DNA from: Cyanophyceae cyanobacterium
GTDB lineage: Bacteria > Cyanobacteriota > Cyanobacteriia > Cyanobacteriales > Laspinemataceae
Direction: 5' to 3'
DNA length: 64,000 bases
Assembly: GCA_038321985.1 (NCBI GenBank)
Contig: JBBQFN010000009.1
Coordinates: 32,001-96,000 of the forward strand
Made by a program: the position numbers and the translations under genes. The notes below the pieces were generated by a model. The model saw only the letters and a program-made list of their open reading frames with translations. It searched no databases and was not told where the DNA came from. Below are positions 19,279-29,593 of this stretch, piece after piece; the first letter of the stretch is position 1, and every line of letters starts with the position of its first letter.

Positions 19279-19893
19279 CTATTCTTCAATAATTTCTTCC
19301 TCGTGAAAAATAAAAATATCCTCTGATTCCTCCTCGATGGGTTCCTCCTCTTCAATTAACCCACTCAGATTTTGAACCACGAAGGGAAGAGAGGCCCCTT
19401 TGAGACCCCGCTTAATGCGATCGGGGGTGTCGTCAAACACCACGAACAGGGGATAAATGGTATCGGACCCTTCCCCGATGATGTATTGATAACGCAAAGG
19501 CATTAACCACTCATAAGCATGAGACAACCACATTTGAGTTTGTCGCCAACGGCGTAGTAAATCCGAAAAATCTTCATCAGGACGATGAATGAAGATAAAG
19601 ATTTCTCCCCCCATTTTTACCTTCCAATCGGGGTCACACATCAAAATTGCGATATCGCAGGGTAAAGAAATCACATCTCCGGAATTCGCGCTCAATCCAC
19701 TGGGAGAATGGGAAGAGAGGGTTTCTCGAATGCGGATATTCGGCAAGGGAATCGGGATGACACTTTCCTGGGGACGGCGCATACTTGGAATCATTTCCAA
19801 ATAGGTTCGATACTGCCGAAGCAGGGCGATCGCATTGGCACGATTGCTATAGTCCGCGAGTAACTGTTCGTAATGGTATTGTTTAAGAGACAT
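19279..19893 (-). CDS. Conserved cyanobacterial hypothetical protein
   Basis: 204-aa ORF with YLEMIPSMRRP, LMCDPDWKVK and an acidic tail; downstream of pilC. Confidence 0.75.
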   Translation of the reverse strand: MSLKQYHYEQLLADYSNRANAIALLRQYRTYLEMIPSMRRPQESVIPIPLPNIRIRETLSSHSPSGLSANSGDVISLPCDIAILMCDPDWKVKMGGEIFIFIHRPDEDFSDLLRRWRQTQMWLSHAYEWLMPLRYQYIIGEGSDTIYPLFVVFDDTPDRIKRGLKGASLPFVVQNLSGLIEEEEPIEEESEDIFIFHEEEIIEE

Positions 19894-20064
19894 GATTTTT
19901 CAATAAATTTCGACTTCCTAGACTGAGTTATTCTGCATGGCAGTCGGATAGTGCTGTAGTCAAATCTAACAAAATTTTCTAGTGCGGGGGGGGGATTTTT
20001 CCACAAACCCCGCCGGTTATTGGCAATTAGATTTCCCCGAATCGCGACCTCAATTCAACTGGGT

Positions 20065-21192
20065 TTAGCCCAGTTTGTCAAACACCGCAAACATTGGGAG
20101 ATACATAGACATCAAAATCGAACCGACCATTGCCGCAATGCCCACCATCATAATTGGTTCCAGGGTGCTGGTAAGACCTTTAACCGCTTGCTCTACTTCA
20201 TCTTCATAGAAATCAGCAACTTTAGACAGCATCTTATCTAGTTCCCCAGTTTCTTCCCCAATTCGCATCATCGAAATAGCCATTGCCGGAAAAATCTTTT
20301 CGCGATCAAAGGCATCAGTTACACTCCCTCCTTGTTCCACCTCGGATTTACCCTTCATGATGGCATTGGAAATCACCTGATTTCCAGCAGTACGGGCCAC
20401 AATATCAAAACCCGTTAGCATGGGCACCCCAGCGCCGGTTAACATGGAAAAAGTGCCACAGAAACGAGCAACAGCAGTAAGTTTAATTAAAGGACCAACG
20501 ATGGGGAGATTCAGGTACATCCGATCGCAGATTAAACGGCCCGCAGGAGTTCGGTAAAATGCTTTGTAGGCAGTGACTAACAGGAAAAGGCCGATCAGCA
20601 GTGGAATCATTTTCATCGGCGACCGAGTAAACTCACTGATTCCGAGCATAATCTGGGTAAACATGGGTAATTCTGCGCCCAATTCTTCAAAAATACCGGC
20701 AAAGGTAGGCAGCAGAAAGGTTGTCATGGCGAAAAACACGATGAGAGCAATACTTCCCACGGCTTTCGGATAGGCGGAGGCGGATTTAATGTGGTTTTGG
20801 ATCTTGGCGGATTTTTCTAAGGCAATTGCGAGACGGTTGAGTACCATGTCAAGCACCCCACCGATTTCTCCGGACTCTACCATTGCACAGTAAAGGTCAT
20901 CAAAGAGATCGGGGTATTTTGACATGGCTTCGGAAAGAGGTACCCCGGTTTCGAGTTCGCCTTTAATCTTACGCAGAGCCTTTTTTAGTTTGGCATTATC
21001 GGAAGTTTCCCCCAACATCGCGATCGCCTTCATCAAGGCTACGCCGGAGTTAAACATAACGGCTAACTGTCGGGAAAACACGGCTTTATCTTTCACCGTA
21101 ACTTTCGCCATTGCCACATTAAGATTTTCTTCTATAGCGGCAAAATCAAAGCCTTTCTTTTTTTCTTCTTGATTAAAAACGTTAGTAGACAT
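20065..21192 (-). CDS. pilC: Type IV pilus platform protein PilC (T2SSF family)
   Basis: KDKAVFSRQ, GEIGGVLD, GEETGELD, LEP motifs; GAGG RBS. Confidence 0.93.
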   Translation of the reverse strand: MSTNVFNQEEKKKGFDFAAIEENLNVAMAKVTVKDKAVFSRQLAVMFNSGVALMKAIAMLGETSDNAKLKKALRKIKGELETGVPLSEAMSKYPDLFDDLYCAMVESGEIGGVLDMVLNRLAIALEKSAKIQNHIKSASAYPKAVGSIALIVFFAMTTFLLPTFAGIFEELGAELPMFTQIMLGISEFTRSPMKMIPLLIGLFLLVTAYKAFYRTPAGRLICDRMYLNLPIVGPLIKLTAVARFCGTFSMLTGAGVPMLTGFDIVARTAGNQVISNAIMKGKSEVEQGGSVTDAFDREKIFPAMAISMMRIGEETGELDKMLSKVADFYEDEVEQAVKGLTSTLEPIMMVGIAAMVGSILMSMYLPMFAVFDKLG

Positions 21193-21470
21193 GGTTAACC
21201 TCTAGATTAGGGGGAAATTTAAGGACCGAGGGGATGGGATGACTGGGATGAGCGTCATTTTCAATTAAGGGTGCCAGTTGAATCAGGATGCAGTTAAGGG
21301 GCGATCGCGCCTTGCACCCCAACAAGGCATTAATTCGCATCCACTCAGATTTCCGACTCCATTGCCAATTCCATCCTAACAACGGGTGCTCTCGATGGGC
21401 GTTGTTATTGGGAGATTTAGGAGTGAGGGAGAGGGCGATCGCACTCCCCCCTGTGACCTCGCCCCGCCCA

Positions 21471-22571
21471 CTAGCGGCCCGTCGCTGCGTTGGTAAGAGA
21501 GGGTGAGGGTCCGATCAACCGTTCCAGTTCCTCCGCTTTAACTGCTTTACTCATGGCAGCCTCCCAGGAGACCTTGCCATCTTTATAATGTTTAGCCAGT
21601 GCCATTTCCATCGTCTGCATCCCTAACCGCGCCCCTGTTTGGATCATGGAGTAAATCTGCGCCGTCTTTCCTTCCTTGATCAAGTTGCCAATAGCGGCAT
21701 TATTGACGAGAACTTCCTGGGCGCACATCCGACCCCCGCCAATCTTCGGGACCAAGTTTTGGCTGCAAATTCCCACCAAGGAAATCCCCATTTGAGCGCG
21801 AATTTGGGCTTTAACTTCTGGGGGAAACACATCCAACATCCGGTCTACGGTCCCCGATGCAGAGTTGGTGTGGAGCGTTCCCATGACTAAGTGACCCGTT
21901 TCTGCCGCAGATACAGCCAGAGAAATTGTCTCAAAGTCCCGCATTTCTCCCACCAGAATAATATCAGGGTCTTGACGCAGCGCTCCTTTTAGGGCGTTCG
22001 AGAAGCTTTTGGTATCTTCCCCTTTTTGACGCTGGTGGAACAAGCTCTTGATATTGGGAAACACATATTCAATCGGGTCTTCCACCGTGAGGATATGTTC
22101 GCCGCGAGTGCGGTTAACGAGGTCCAGTAGCGCCGCCATCGTGGTGGTTTTTCCCGAACCCGTTTGACCCGTCACCAATAACAGCCCCCGAGGGCGCTCA
22201 GTCATTTCCCGGATCACTTGGGGAACCCCTAACTTATCCGCGTTGGGAATGGTGGAACCCAAGGCCCGTAAACAAGAAGCCCAACATCCGCGTTCCCGGT
22301 AAACGTTCACCCGGAAACGCGCCAATCCTTTGACCCCATAAGCGCAGTCTAAATCCCAGTTTTGTTCCAAGGTTTTGCGCTGTTGGTTGTTCAGCATCTG
22401 GAAGATGACTTGCTGACACTCTTCTGGGGAGAGGCTTTCCCCAAATTGGGGCTGGGGAGACAGTTTGCCGTTGACGCGAAAGTAAATCGGTGCACCCGCT
22501 TGAATGTGGATGTCGGAGCCACCTTGTTCAACCAGGGACTCCATAATATCTTCAATGACCAGACCTGCCAT
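21471..22571 (-). CDS. pilT: Type IV pilus retraction ATPase PilT
   Basis: GQTGSGKTT, EDPIE, LRQDPDIILVGEMRD, GTLHT. Confidence 0.96.
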   Translation of the reverse strand: MAGLVIEDIMESLVEQGGSDIHIQAGAPIYFRVNGKLSPQPQFGESLSPEECQQVIFQMLNNQQRKTLEQNWDLDCAYGVKGLARFRVNVYRERGCWASCLRALGSTIPNADKLGVPQVIREMTERPRGLLLVTGQTGSGKTTTMAALLDLVNRTRGEHILTVEDPIEYVFPNIKSLFHQRQKGEDTKSFSNALKGALRQDPDIILVGEMRDFETISLAVSAAETGHLVMGTLHTNSASGTVDRMLDVFPPEVKAQIRAQMGISLVGICSQNLVPKIGGGRMCAQEVLVNNAAIGNLIKEGKTAQIYSMIQTGARLGMQTMEMALAKHYKDGKVSWEAAMSKAVKAEELERLIGPSPSLTNAATGR

Positions 22572-22646
22572 AGTCGCCTTTTCTCCGATAATCTCTGTTT
22601 AGATTGTATTGAAAGTAAATTCCCCTGCAAAGTTAGGGCGATCGCC

Positions 22647-24662
22647 TCACTCTTGGAATCGGGGGGTCAAGCAGTACAGACAATCCAACCACTCTTGCTG
22701 CAATCCGGCACCGCAAGCCTTACAAGTTAAACCCGTTTTGCGTTTGGCTTTAAGTTCTGCTTCCAAACCGGAGTCGGTAAAGGTGACGCGCTCAACCTCT
22801 TCAAAGGTAGTATGTCCTTCGCGAACTAGGTTCAGACTATAGGCTAACAAGGTCACCATGCCCTCTTCAACTGCCGCTTCCTTAATCCGCTCTGTGGGCG
22901 CACCTTGAGAGATTAACGCTTGCAGATTTTCCGTATTTTTGAGGACTTCATAAACCCCAACCCGGCCTTTATATCCACCGCCCCCACATTTCTGACACAA
23001 GTTCCCGGCATCTTGAGCGGCTTTTCGGTCAGCTGGGGCGACGATATTAGCTTTATAGAACGTCACATTAGTTTCCCCAGCCGTTGCCAGACCGTATCGA
23101 GCGAGTTCTTCTGAGGTTGGGGTGTAGGCGATGCGACACTCACCACAGACGCGCCGCATCAAGCGCTGGGCCAATACACCAATGAGTGAACCGGCCACCA
23201 TGAAGGGTTCTACCCCCATTTCATCTAAGCGGGCGATCGCCCCGGCTGCGTCGTTGGTATGCAAGGTCGTCAGCACTAAGTGACCCGTTAGTGCCGCTTC
23301 AATAGCGGTTTTTGCCGTTTCTTTATCCCGAGTCTCACCCACCAGAATGATATCCGGGTCTTGCCGCATGAACGCCCGCAATAAGTTGGTAAAATCTAAC
23401 CCTTTGGCCCGGATCACCTGACACTGGGTAATCCCTGGCAACGCATATTCAATTGGGTCTTCTGCGGTCGAGATGTTCACGGCCGGGTCGTTTCGTTCGG
23501 CTAACACCGAGTACAACGAGGTGGATTTTCCTGAACCCGTCGGTCCCGTCACCAAAATTAGGCCAAAGGGACGACTTGCCATCTCTCGAACGATCGCCAA
23601 ACTGTCTTGATTGGAAATTAATTTATCCAACCCTAACTGGGTGGAAGAGTTATCCAAAATCCGCAAACAGAGTTTTTCGCCATACCGCGACGGCAGACAG
23701 TTTACCCGGAAGTCCACGGTACGTCCCTGGAAAATTCGGCGGATCCGTCCATCTTGAGCATTCCGACGTTCCGCAATATCCAGATCCGCAATAATTTTAA
23801 ATCGAGACGTTAGGGCGGGGATAATCTTCTTCGGTAACCGGGCAAACTCTTGGAGTACCCCGTCTTTACGCATCCGAATCCTCAGAAATTCTTCTTGGGG
23901 TTCGACGTGGATATCCGATACGCCATCAGAAAGGGCTTTTGCCAAGATTTTATTAACGGTGTTAATAATGGGTGCGTCGTTGGCCCCTCGCAACGCCGCA
24001 TCCAGATTCATGTCTGCATCATCTTCGGGGGCGTCGTCGAGGGATTCCCCGTCTACGGCATCAAAGGCATCAGCGTTGAGGTTTAAATCGAGTTGATTGG
24101 CTTGTTCTGCTTTAGCTTGTTGCTCTTTTGCCTTCTCATCAGAATAGAGATTGAGTAAGTTTTGATAATCTTCCGGTGTAATTACCAGGCGGCGCAAGCT
24201 CAATCCCTGGGGTCGGAGAATCCGCGTTAAGTCATCCAGGGCCGCTAAGTTATCCGGATCGACCATAGCGATGGAAACCGAGGGGGGATCGCTCTCGTTC
24301 CGGGAGATGGGCAGGATGCGATGACGACGGCAGCTTTCTAGGGGAAGTAAGGTTTCTAAAAGTTGGCCGAGTTGTTCCGGTGAAAGTTCGGTAATTTCCG
24401 GATCCAAGGCTTCTACGCCGTAGACCACTTTCAGTTCAAAGAGCTGTTGTTTCTTGTACTGCCGTAGCAATTCCGGGGGAAGTTGCTTCCCGGTAATGGC
24501 TTCTAGGACCTCCGTAAGAGGCTTCCCGGATTTCCGACTTTCAATGTGGGCCCGTTGAACTTGTTCGCGATCGGCATAGCCGGCTTGGATAAGCTTATTG
24601 CCGAAGGGAGAAAAAGCATTCTGGACAACTAGAGCACGCCGCTGTGATGCGAAGTTTGTCAT
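22647..24662 (-). CDS. pilB: Type IV pilus assembly ATPase PilB
   Basis: SDIHVEP, GPTGSGKS, RQDPDIILVGE, internal Cys pairs and a cyanobacterial C-terminal CxxC-CxxC extension; ATG at 24662. Confidence 0.95.
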   Translation of the reverse strand: MTNFASQRRALVVQNAFSPFGNKLIQAGYADREQVQRAHIESRKSGKPLTEVLEAITGKQLPPELLRQYKKQQLFELKVVYGVEALDPEITELSPEQLGQLLETLLPLESCRRHRILPISRNESDPPSVSIAMVDPDNLAALDDLTRILRPQGLSLRRLVITPEDYQNLLNLYSDEKAKEQQAKAEQANQLDLNLNADAFDAVDGESLDDAPEDDADMNLDAALRGANDAPIINTVNKILAKALSDGVSDIHVEPQEEFLRIRMRKDGVLQEFARLPKKIIPALTSRFKIIADLDIAERRNAQDGRIRRIFQGRTVDFRVNCLPSRYGEKLCLRILDNSSTQLGLDKLISNQDSLAIVREMASRPFGLILVTGPTGSGKSTSLYSVLAERNDPAVNISTAEDPIEYALPGITQCQVIRAKGLDFTNLLRAFMRQDPDIILVGETRDKETAKTAIEAALTGHLVLTTLHTNDAAGAIARLDEMGVEPFMVAGSLIGVLAQRLMRRVCGECRIAYTPTSEELARYGLATAGETNVTFYKANIVAPADRKAAQDAGNLCQKCGGGGYKGRVGVYEVLKNTENLQALISQGAPTERIKEAAVEEGMVTLLAYSLNLVREGHTTFEEVERVTFTDSGLEAELKAKRKTGLTCKACGAGLQQEWLDCLYCLTPRFQE

Positions 24663-25426
24663 GGCTGGTGAACTTAATATGCTGTTTAGAGTATTCCCAA
24701 AAGTAAGCGGGCAAAGCACAAGCGCCGCGAGTGGTTAGCTCTGGCTTGGGTTCATCCGTCAGATCGCAACGTCAGAAAGACGGGTGGGGCGAATGCGATT
24801 GAGGGTTAATCCCCACCGCGATCGCCGTTGTTGGTTTAGTTCAATGTTTACCGGATTATTTTTAATGATAGCTTTTACTACCGAAGAAAGCACAAATTTT
24901 TGAGCGATATAGCTAGTCTAAATCAATGGGATAATTCTTCAAAGCACAGGGAGCGTCTCCCTGTCAATTATTGTATTGCCCCAACGATTTCAACTCGTTA
25001 TATATCAAAGTTCTTGCTTTCATTCCATAAGCGACTCCCCCAACCCCGTTGTCAGGTCCCCGGACAGCCCCCCGGATCAAGGAGGAATCCAGAGGAATAA
25101 ATGTTTGATTCACGGGGGGCTTGAGACAATTTTGTAATTTCTCTATTCTAAGTTAGGGAGGTTGGTTTCCCCGGCTTATTTCTTTTTCACAGGTTGGGCG
25201 ATCGCACTCCAGCTAGCAAATCCGCTTTTATACCTAAAACTCTCTAAACTCAACCCGCGCTCGACGATCCCTGTGATTTACCTCGGCGCTATTTTTCTTC
25301 CTGTTTTTCTGGTAGTTGATTTAACTCCCGCACCTCGCAAAGCGGTTTACCTCATGTTTTTGCTGTTTTTTTAAACTTATCTAAAGATTTTACCCCTAAA
25401 ATCCAAAAATTTTAATCGTTTTTGAT

Positions 25427-25615
25427 TCAGTATATCCGTTTTAAATTTAAAACTATAATCACACGATTGAGTTACGCTAACCCGGGTGATAAAGCCAAGC
25501 CAAAAATCAGCAAAGCTCTAGCACGGACTCCCTATAAAATTGTGCCAATGTCCTCGGAAGTTTTATAAAATATTAACAGTGCTGCCAGGGCTGATAACAA
25601 GGGCATTAGATACAT
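25427..25615 (-). pseudogene. Degenerate paralog of the adjacent small membrane protein
   Basis: GAGG RBS; MYLMPLLSALAALLIFYKTSEDIGTIL*GVRARALLIFGLALSPGLA*LNRVIIVL; stops at 25532 and 25472. Confidence 0.6.
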
Positions 25616-25899
25616 AAGAAACCTCTTTTCAATTTCTTAAAGGCGTCCGATTACAGGTCAGATGGCTCAGGACTTGAATATCCCATTACCCTATCATCTT
25701 TCTCCAGCTGGTCCAGTATTGTAGGCGACAATCCGCAGGTTTAGCTCTATTTTTGTTTCTAGGTCAATATTTTTATAGTTAAGTTGCATCTTTAATTCCG
25801 AGGAAAGGGAGCTTACCCCCCATTATTTCATAAAACAAGTTGCAACATAAGGTTAGGAAAAATTCGGCCTTTTTAAGGAAAAAATAGAAGAGAAGTTAG

Positions 25900-26115
25900 C
25901 TAGCTTTTGTAGAGGGGAGAGAGATAGCGAGTCCGATAGAGAATGAAGAGAACGAGGGAGAGTTGAATCGGCCAAGGGGCAATAACGAGGTCATAGCCGA
26001 CGCCTAGAGTACCCACTGTGATCGCCATAATGCGGGGAATTTCTTCTGAAGTATTTAAATAACAAAACCCCGCTACGAGACTGGCAGTTAGTGCAATCCA
26101 GAACATCCCTAACAT
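25900..26115 (-). CDS. Small membrane protein (71 aa)
   Basis: GGAGG RBS; hydrophobic helices with NTSEEI loop and APWPIQL motif. Confidence 0.7.
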   Translation of the reverse strand: MLGMFWIALTASLVAGFCYLNTSEEIPRIMAITVGTLGVGYDLVIAPWPIQLSLVLFILYRTRYLSPLYKS

Positions 26116-26299
26116 TTTGAGTCCCTCCTCTGGGCGATGGGTGAATGGTTTGAAGGTACAAATATTTTTTATTTCCTCCCTGTAATTTAACTCTGCGTCT
26201 AATATAAAACGGTGATTGGAATAAGCCTAAGCTAAGATAATCATCACGTGAATAAGAGACCCAAATCAAACCCGAAGGCGATCGCGATCGCATCCTTTG

Positions 26300-26410
26300 C
26301 CAGTTCAGTGTTACAACTTCAGTCTTCCTTTCCGAGTTCGTAGAGGCGCACCCCTGAAGGGGTGATACCGAACTGAAGAGGGAATGACTAAAGTCGTGAT
26401 GTTGAACTGG
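26300..26410. repeat. Compound REP/REPIN-like inverted element
   Basis: Outer arms ccagttcagtgttacaacttcagtc / gactaaagtcgtgatgttgaactgg; inner gttcgtag...cacccctgaaggggtg...cgaac. Confidence 0.6.
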
Positions 26411-26412
26411 AG

Positions 26413-29163
26413 TTAATTGGGGGGGTCTAGGCGGTTGACGAGGAGGGCCACGGGAATCATCGGTAACCCAGCTACTAGACAGATTAGTCCTTGGGTTGCA
26501 TTTAAGGGTGCAGTTTGGAAGATCCGGTTGAGTAGGGGAACTTGGGAGAAGAGAATTTGCAGAACGATCGCCCCAATAATTCCGCTGAGAATGGCGGGTG
26601 CACCAACCCTCGAATTGAGGGTTCCCTTCATTTTGGCAATTAAATTCGGCAATAATTGGCTAATACTTAATAGATAAAAGATTCGGCCTGAAACTAAGGA
26701 TTGAACGGCGATGGTTCGCGCTAGGGCGAGTTGGTCGGGATAGGTTCGGAGTGACCATTCAAACATCCCAAAAATGACAATCCAGTTGTAAATGGCGACG
26801 ATGAGAATGCGTTTAATGCGATCGCGTGATAAGAGAGATTCACTGGGGTTGCGCGGTGGTTTTTCCATGACCCGAGGGGATTTCGGTTCAAAGGACAAGG
26901 GAACAGTCATGGTGATGGAGTTGAGCATATTTAGCCAGAGAATTTGTAAGGCTTCAATGGGCAGGTATCGACTTAATAACACACTCAATAAGACTGTCAT
27001 CGATTCCCCTAAGTTGACAGGTAAAATAAAGGAAATCGCTTTCACTAAATTACTATAGACCGTGCGTCCTTCTTCCACTGCCGCTTCAATGGAGGCAAAG
27101 TTATCATCAGTGAGAATAATATCAGCGGATTCTTTAGCAACTTCGGTCCCTGCACCTCCCATTGCAATCCCGACATCAGCTTGTTTGAGGGCTGGTGCAT
27201 CGTTGACCCCATCTCCCGTCATGGCGACAATCTCACCTCGGGCTTGTAATGCTTCTACAAGGCGGAGTTTTTGTTCCGGTGCCACTCGTGCAAATACAAC
27301 GCTATCTTCTAGGTTATTGGCGAGGGTTTGATCATCCATTTCACCGATTTGAGTGCCGGTAAAGGCTTGAACTCGACCGTTTTTCTGCATTCCCATGCGT
27401 TTGGCGATCGCAGCGGCGGTGGTGGCATGGTCTCCGGTAATCATTTTCACCTGAATTCCGGCGTTTTGACAGGCGGCGACAGCGGCGATCGCTTCGGGTC
27501 TCGGGGGGTCAATCATCCCCTGTAATCCCATAAAAATTAACCCCTCGTCGATATCTGGGCGATCGATGTCCTGAAGTCCCGGTCTGACGGATTTTTTGGC
27601 AAATGCTAAGACTCGTAACCCTTGTTCTGCCATGATTTCGACTTCCTGATGCAAGGCATCTGCATCTAAGGAAATCACCTCACCTTGACTATCAAAGATT
27701 TGGGTACAACGCTTGAGGAGGGATTCTACCGAACCTTTGACATAAATTGTCGGTCCATCGGGAGTATCATGCAAGGTTGCCATATACTGAAACTCAGATT
27801 CAAAGGGAATTACATCCAGTTTTGGCAGTTCTTCGGCGATCGCATCTTGGGTTAATCCGGCTTTATTAGCGGCTACAATTAATGCGCCTTCCGTTGGGTC
27901 CCCCACAACAACCAGATTCCCATCTTTTTCTTCAATATGCGAATCATTACATAGAAGTCCGGCCCGCAGACATTCTAATAGAATCGGGTTTTGCTGGAAG
28001 TCAACCGGGGAATCATTGATGGAAATTTCGCCTTCAGGTGCATATCCTTGACCCGTAACTTGATACTTTTGACCCCCGGCATGAATTTCTTGGACTGTCA
28101 TCTGATTTTCAGTCAAAGTGCCGGTTTTATCGGAACAAATGACGGTTGCACCCCCGAGGGTTTCTACCGCAGGCAATTTGCGAACGATCGCATGACGTCG
28201 CGCCATGCGGTTTACCCCAACGGCTAAGGTAACCGTTACCACTGCCGGTAATCCTTCGGGAATCGCACTCACAATTAAGGCGATCGCTGCTTCTAATGCA
28301 CCGGCGATCGATTCTTGCACTTCCCCAGATGCCTGGTAATAATTATGGAAGGCTACGGCAACAGTTAAGGCACCTAACCCCAGGACCAAAATCATCCAAA
28401 CTTTACTAAATTTATTAAATTTGCGGGTTAAGGGTGTGGTTAAATTGGTGCGTTGGTCAATCAGTTGAGAAATCTTTCCGGTTTCTGTATTATTTCCGGT
28501 GGCCACTACCAAACCTCGGGCTTGACCGAAAGTCACTAATCCCCCAGCATAAGCCATATTGATTCGTTCAGCCAAGGCAGTTTCTAGGCTGAGTATCTCG
28601 ATATTTTTTTCTACAGGAACTGACTCCCCAGTGAGTCCTGATTCATCAATTTGCAAGTTCCGAACTTGAACTAACCGCAAATCAGCCGGTACTTTGTCCC
28701 CAGAATTGAGTAAGACTAAATCCCCCGGGACTAATTCTGTCGAAGAAATGCGCTGTTTGTTGCCGTCTCGAATTAAAGTCGCTTCTGTAGTGACTGCTTT
28801 CGACAAGGCGGCGATCGCCCCTTCAGCTTTCCATTCCTGGAGGAATCCAATAATCGCATTAATAATCGTTACCCCCCAAATCACCCAGGCATTCGGCCAT
28901 TCTTCTAGGAAGGCTTCTACGGCACCGGCCACGAGCAAAATTAAGATTAAGGGTTGATTAAACTGGAGGATAAATTTTAACCATAAAGGTTGGGCTTTTT
29001 TGCCCGTCAGTTCATTAGGTCCAAATTCTTTTAATCGTTCATTTACGAGGTCAGAATTGAGTCCAGACTCCTCACTAGATTCGAGCAGATTGGCAATTTC
29101 TTGCTCTGATAAGCTATGCCATTCTTGGGAAGTTAATGCGGAGGTTTGGTTTGATGCTTGCAT
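26413..29163 (-). CDS. Cation-transporting P-type ATPase (type IIA-like)
   Basis: TGES, PEGL, DKTGT, TGDGVND motifs; 916 aa. Confidence 0.95.
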   Translation of the reverse strand: MQASNQTSALTSQEWHSLSEQEIANLLESSEESGLNSDLVNERLKEFGPNELTGKKAQPLWLKFILQFNQPLILILLVAGAVEAFLEEWPNAWVIWGVTIINAIIGFLQEWKAEGAIAALSKAVTTEATLIRDGNKQRISSTELVPGDLVLLNSGDKVPADLRLVQVRNLQIDESGLTGESVPVEKNIEILSLETALAERINMAYAGGLVTFGQARGLVVATGNNTETGKISQLIDQRTNLTTPLTRKFNKFSKVWMILVLGLGALTVAVAFHNYYQASGEVQESIAGALEAAIALIVSAIPEGLPAVVTVTLAVGVNRMARRHAIVRKLPAVETLGGATVICSDKTGTLTENQMTVQEIHAGGQKYQVTGQGYAPEGEISINDSPVDFQQNPILLECLRAGLLCNDSHIEEKDGNLVVVGDPTEGALIVAANKAGLTQDAIAEELPKLDVIPFESEFQYMATLHDTPDGPTIYVKGSVESLLKRCTQIFDSQGEVISLDADALHQEVEIMAEQGLRVLAFAKKSVRPGLQDIDRPDIDEGLIFMGLQGMIDPPRPEAIAAVAACQNAGIQVKMITGDHATTAAAIAKRMGMQKNGRVQAFTGTQIGEMDDQTLANNLEDSVVFARVAPEQKLRLVEALQARGEIVAMTGDGVNDAPALKQADVGIAMGGAGTEVAKESADIILTDDNFASIEAAVEEGRTVYSNLVKAISFILPVNLGESMTVLLSVLLSRYLPIEALQILWLNMLNSITMTVPLSFEPKSPRVMEKPPRNPSESLLSRDRIKRILIVAIYNWIVIFGMFEWSLRTYPDQLALARTIAVQSLVSGRIFYLLSISQLLPNLIAKMKGTLNSRVGAPAILSGIIGAIVLQILFSQVPLLNRIFQTAPLNATQGLICLVAGLPMIPVALLVNRLDPPN

Positions 29164-29250
29164 AAAATTATCTCCGAATGGGGGATCGTTTCAATTAATT
29201 CCCAAAAATTAGGTGAATTGATTCCAAAATTCAACTAGAGGAAACCTTGA

Positions 29251-29287
29251 TTTTTTAAATACTCAAACCAGGGGAGTATTTAAAAAA
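29251..29287. promoter_or_regulatory. Perfect 14-bp inverted repeat in the ATPase/recJ divergent region
   Basis: ttttttaaatactc-N9-gagtatttaaaaaa. Confidence 0.4.
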
Positions 29288-29593
29288 TATAACAGGTTAA
29301 AATACCCGAGTTTTTATAACTCGAATGGGTTCGTAGAATCAAAGCTATTTAAAAACTTTACTCACCTGGGATTCTTGGGCTCAGCTAGAGTTTCGTTTAA
29401 TGTAACATATTCTCAGGAACGATTGCTGTGTTTGTACTCAGTGCCATACCATTGCATTCCAGATCAGGAGATCTATATAAAATTGGCAATTCGTCAATAT
29501 TTCTGAAGATAGATTTTGAGGTAGCCGGCGATCGCTAACCCAAATTAAAGAGACGCGTGGGATAATAAATTAAAACCAGTCCAAGGGGAGGAT

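Noticed and set aside
24722..24830. c-di-AMP (ydaO) riboswitch-like text upstream of pilB (CCCAAGCCAGAGCTAAC on the minus strand)
   Set aside because: Only a partial 3' resemblance; the conserved 5' elements and pairing could not be built.
24900..25374. Two short plus-strand ORFs upstream of pilB
   Set aside because: TTG starts, no clear RBS and no recognisable family; likely chance ORFs in a promoter region.
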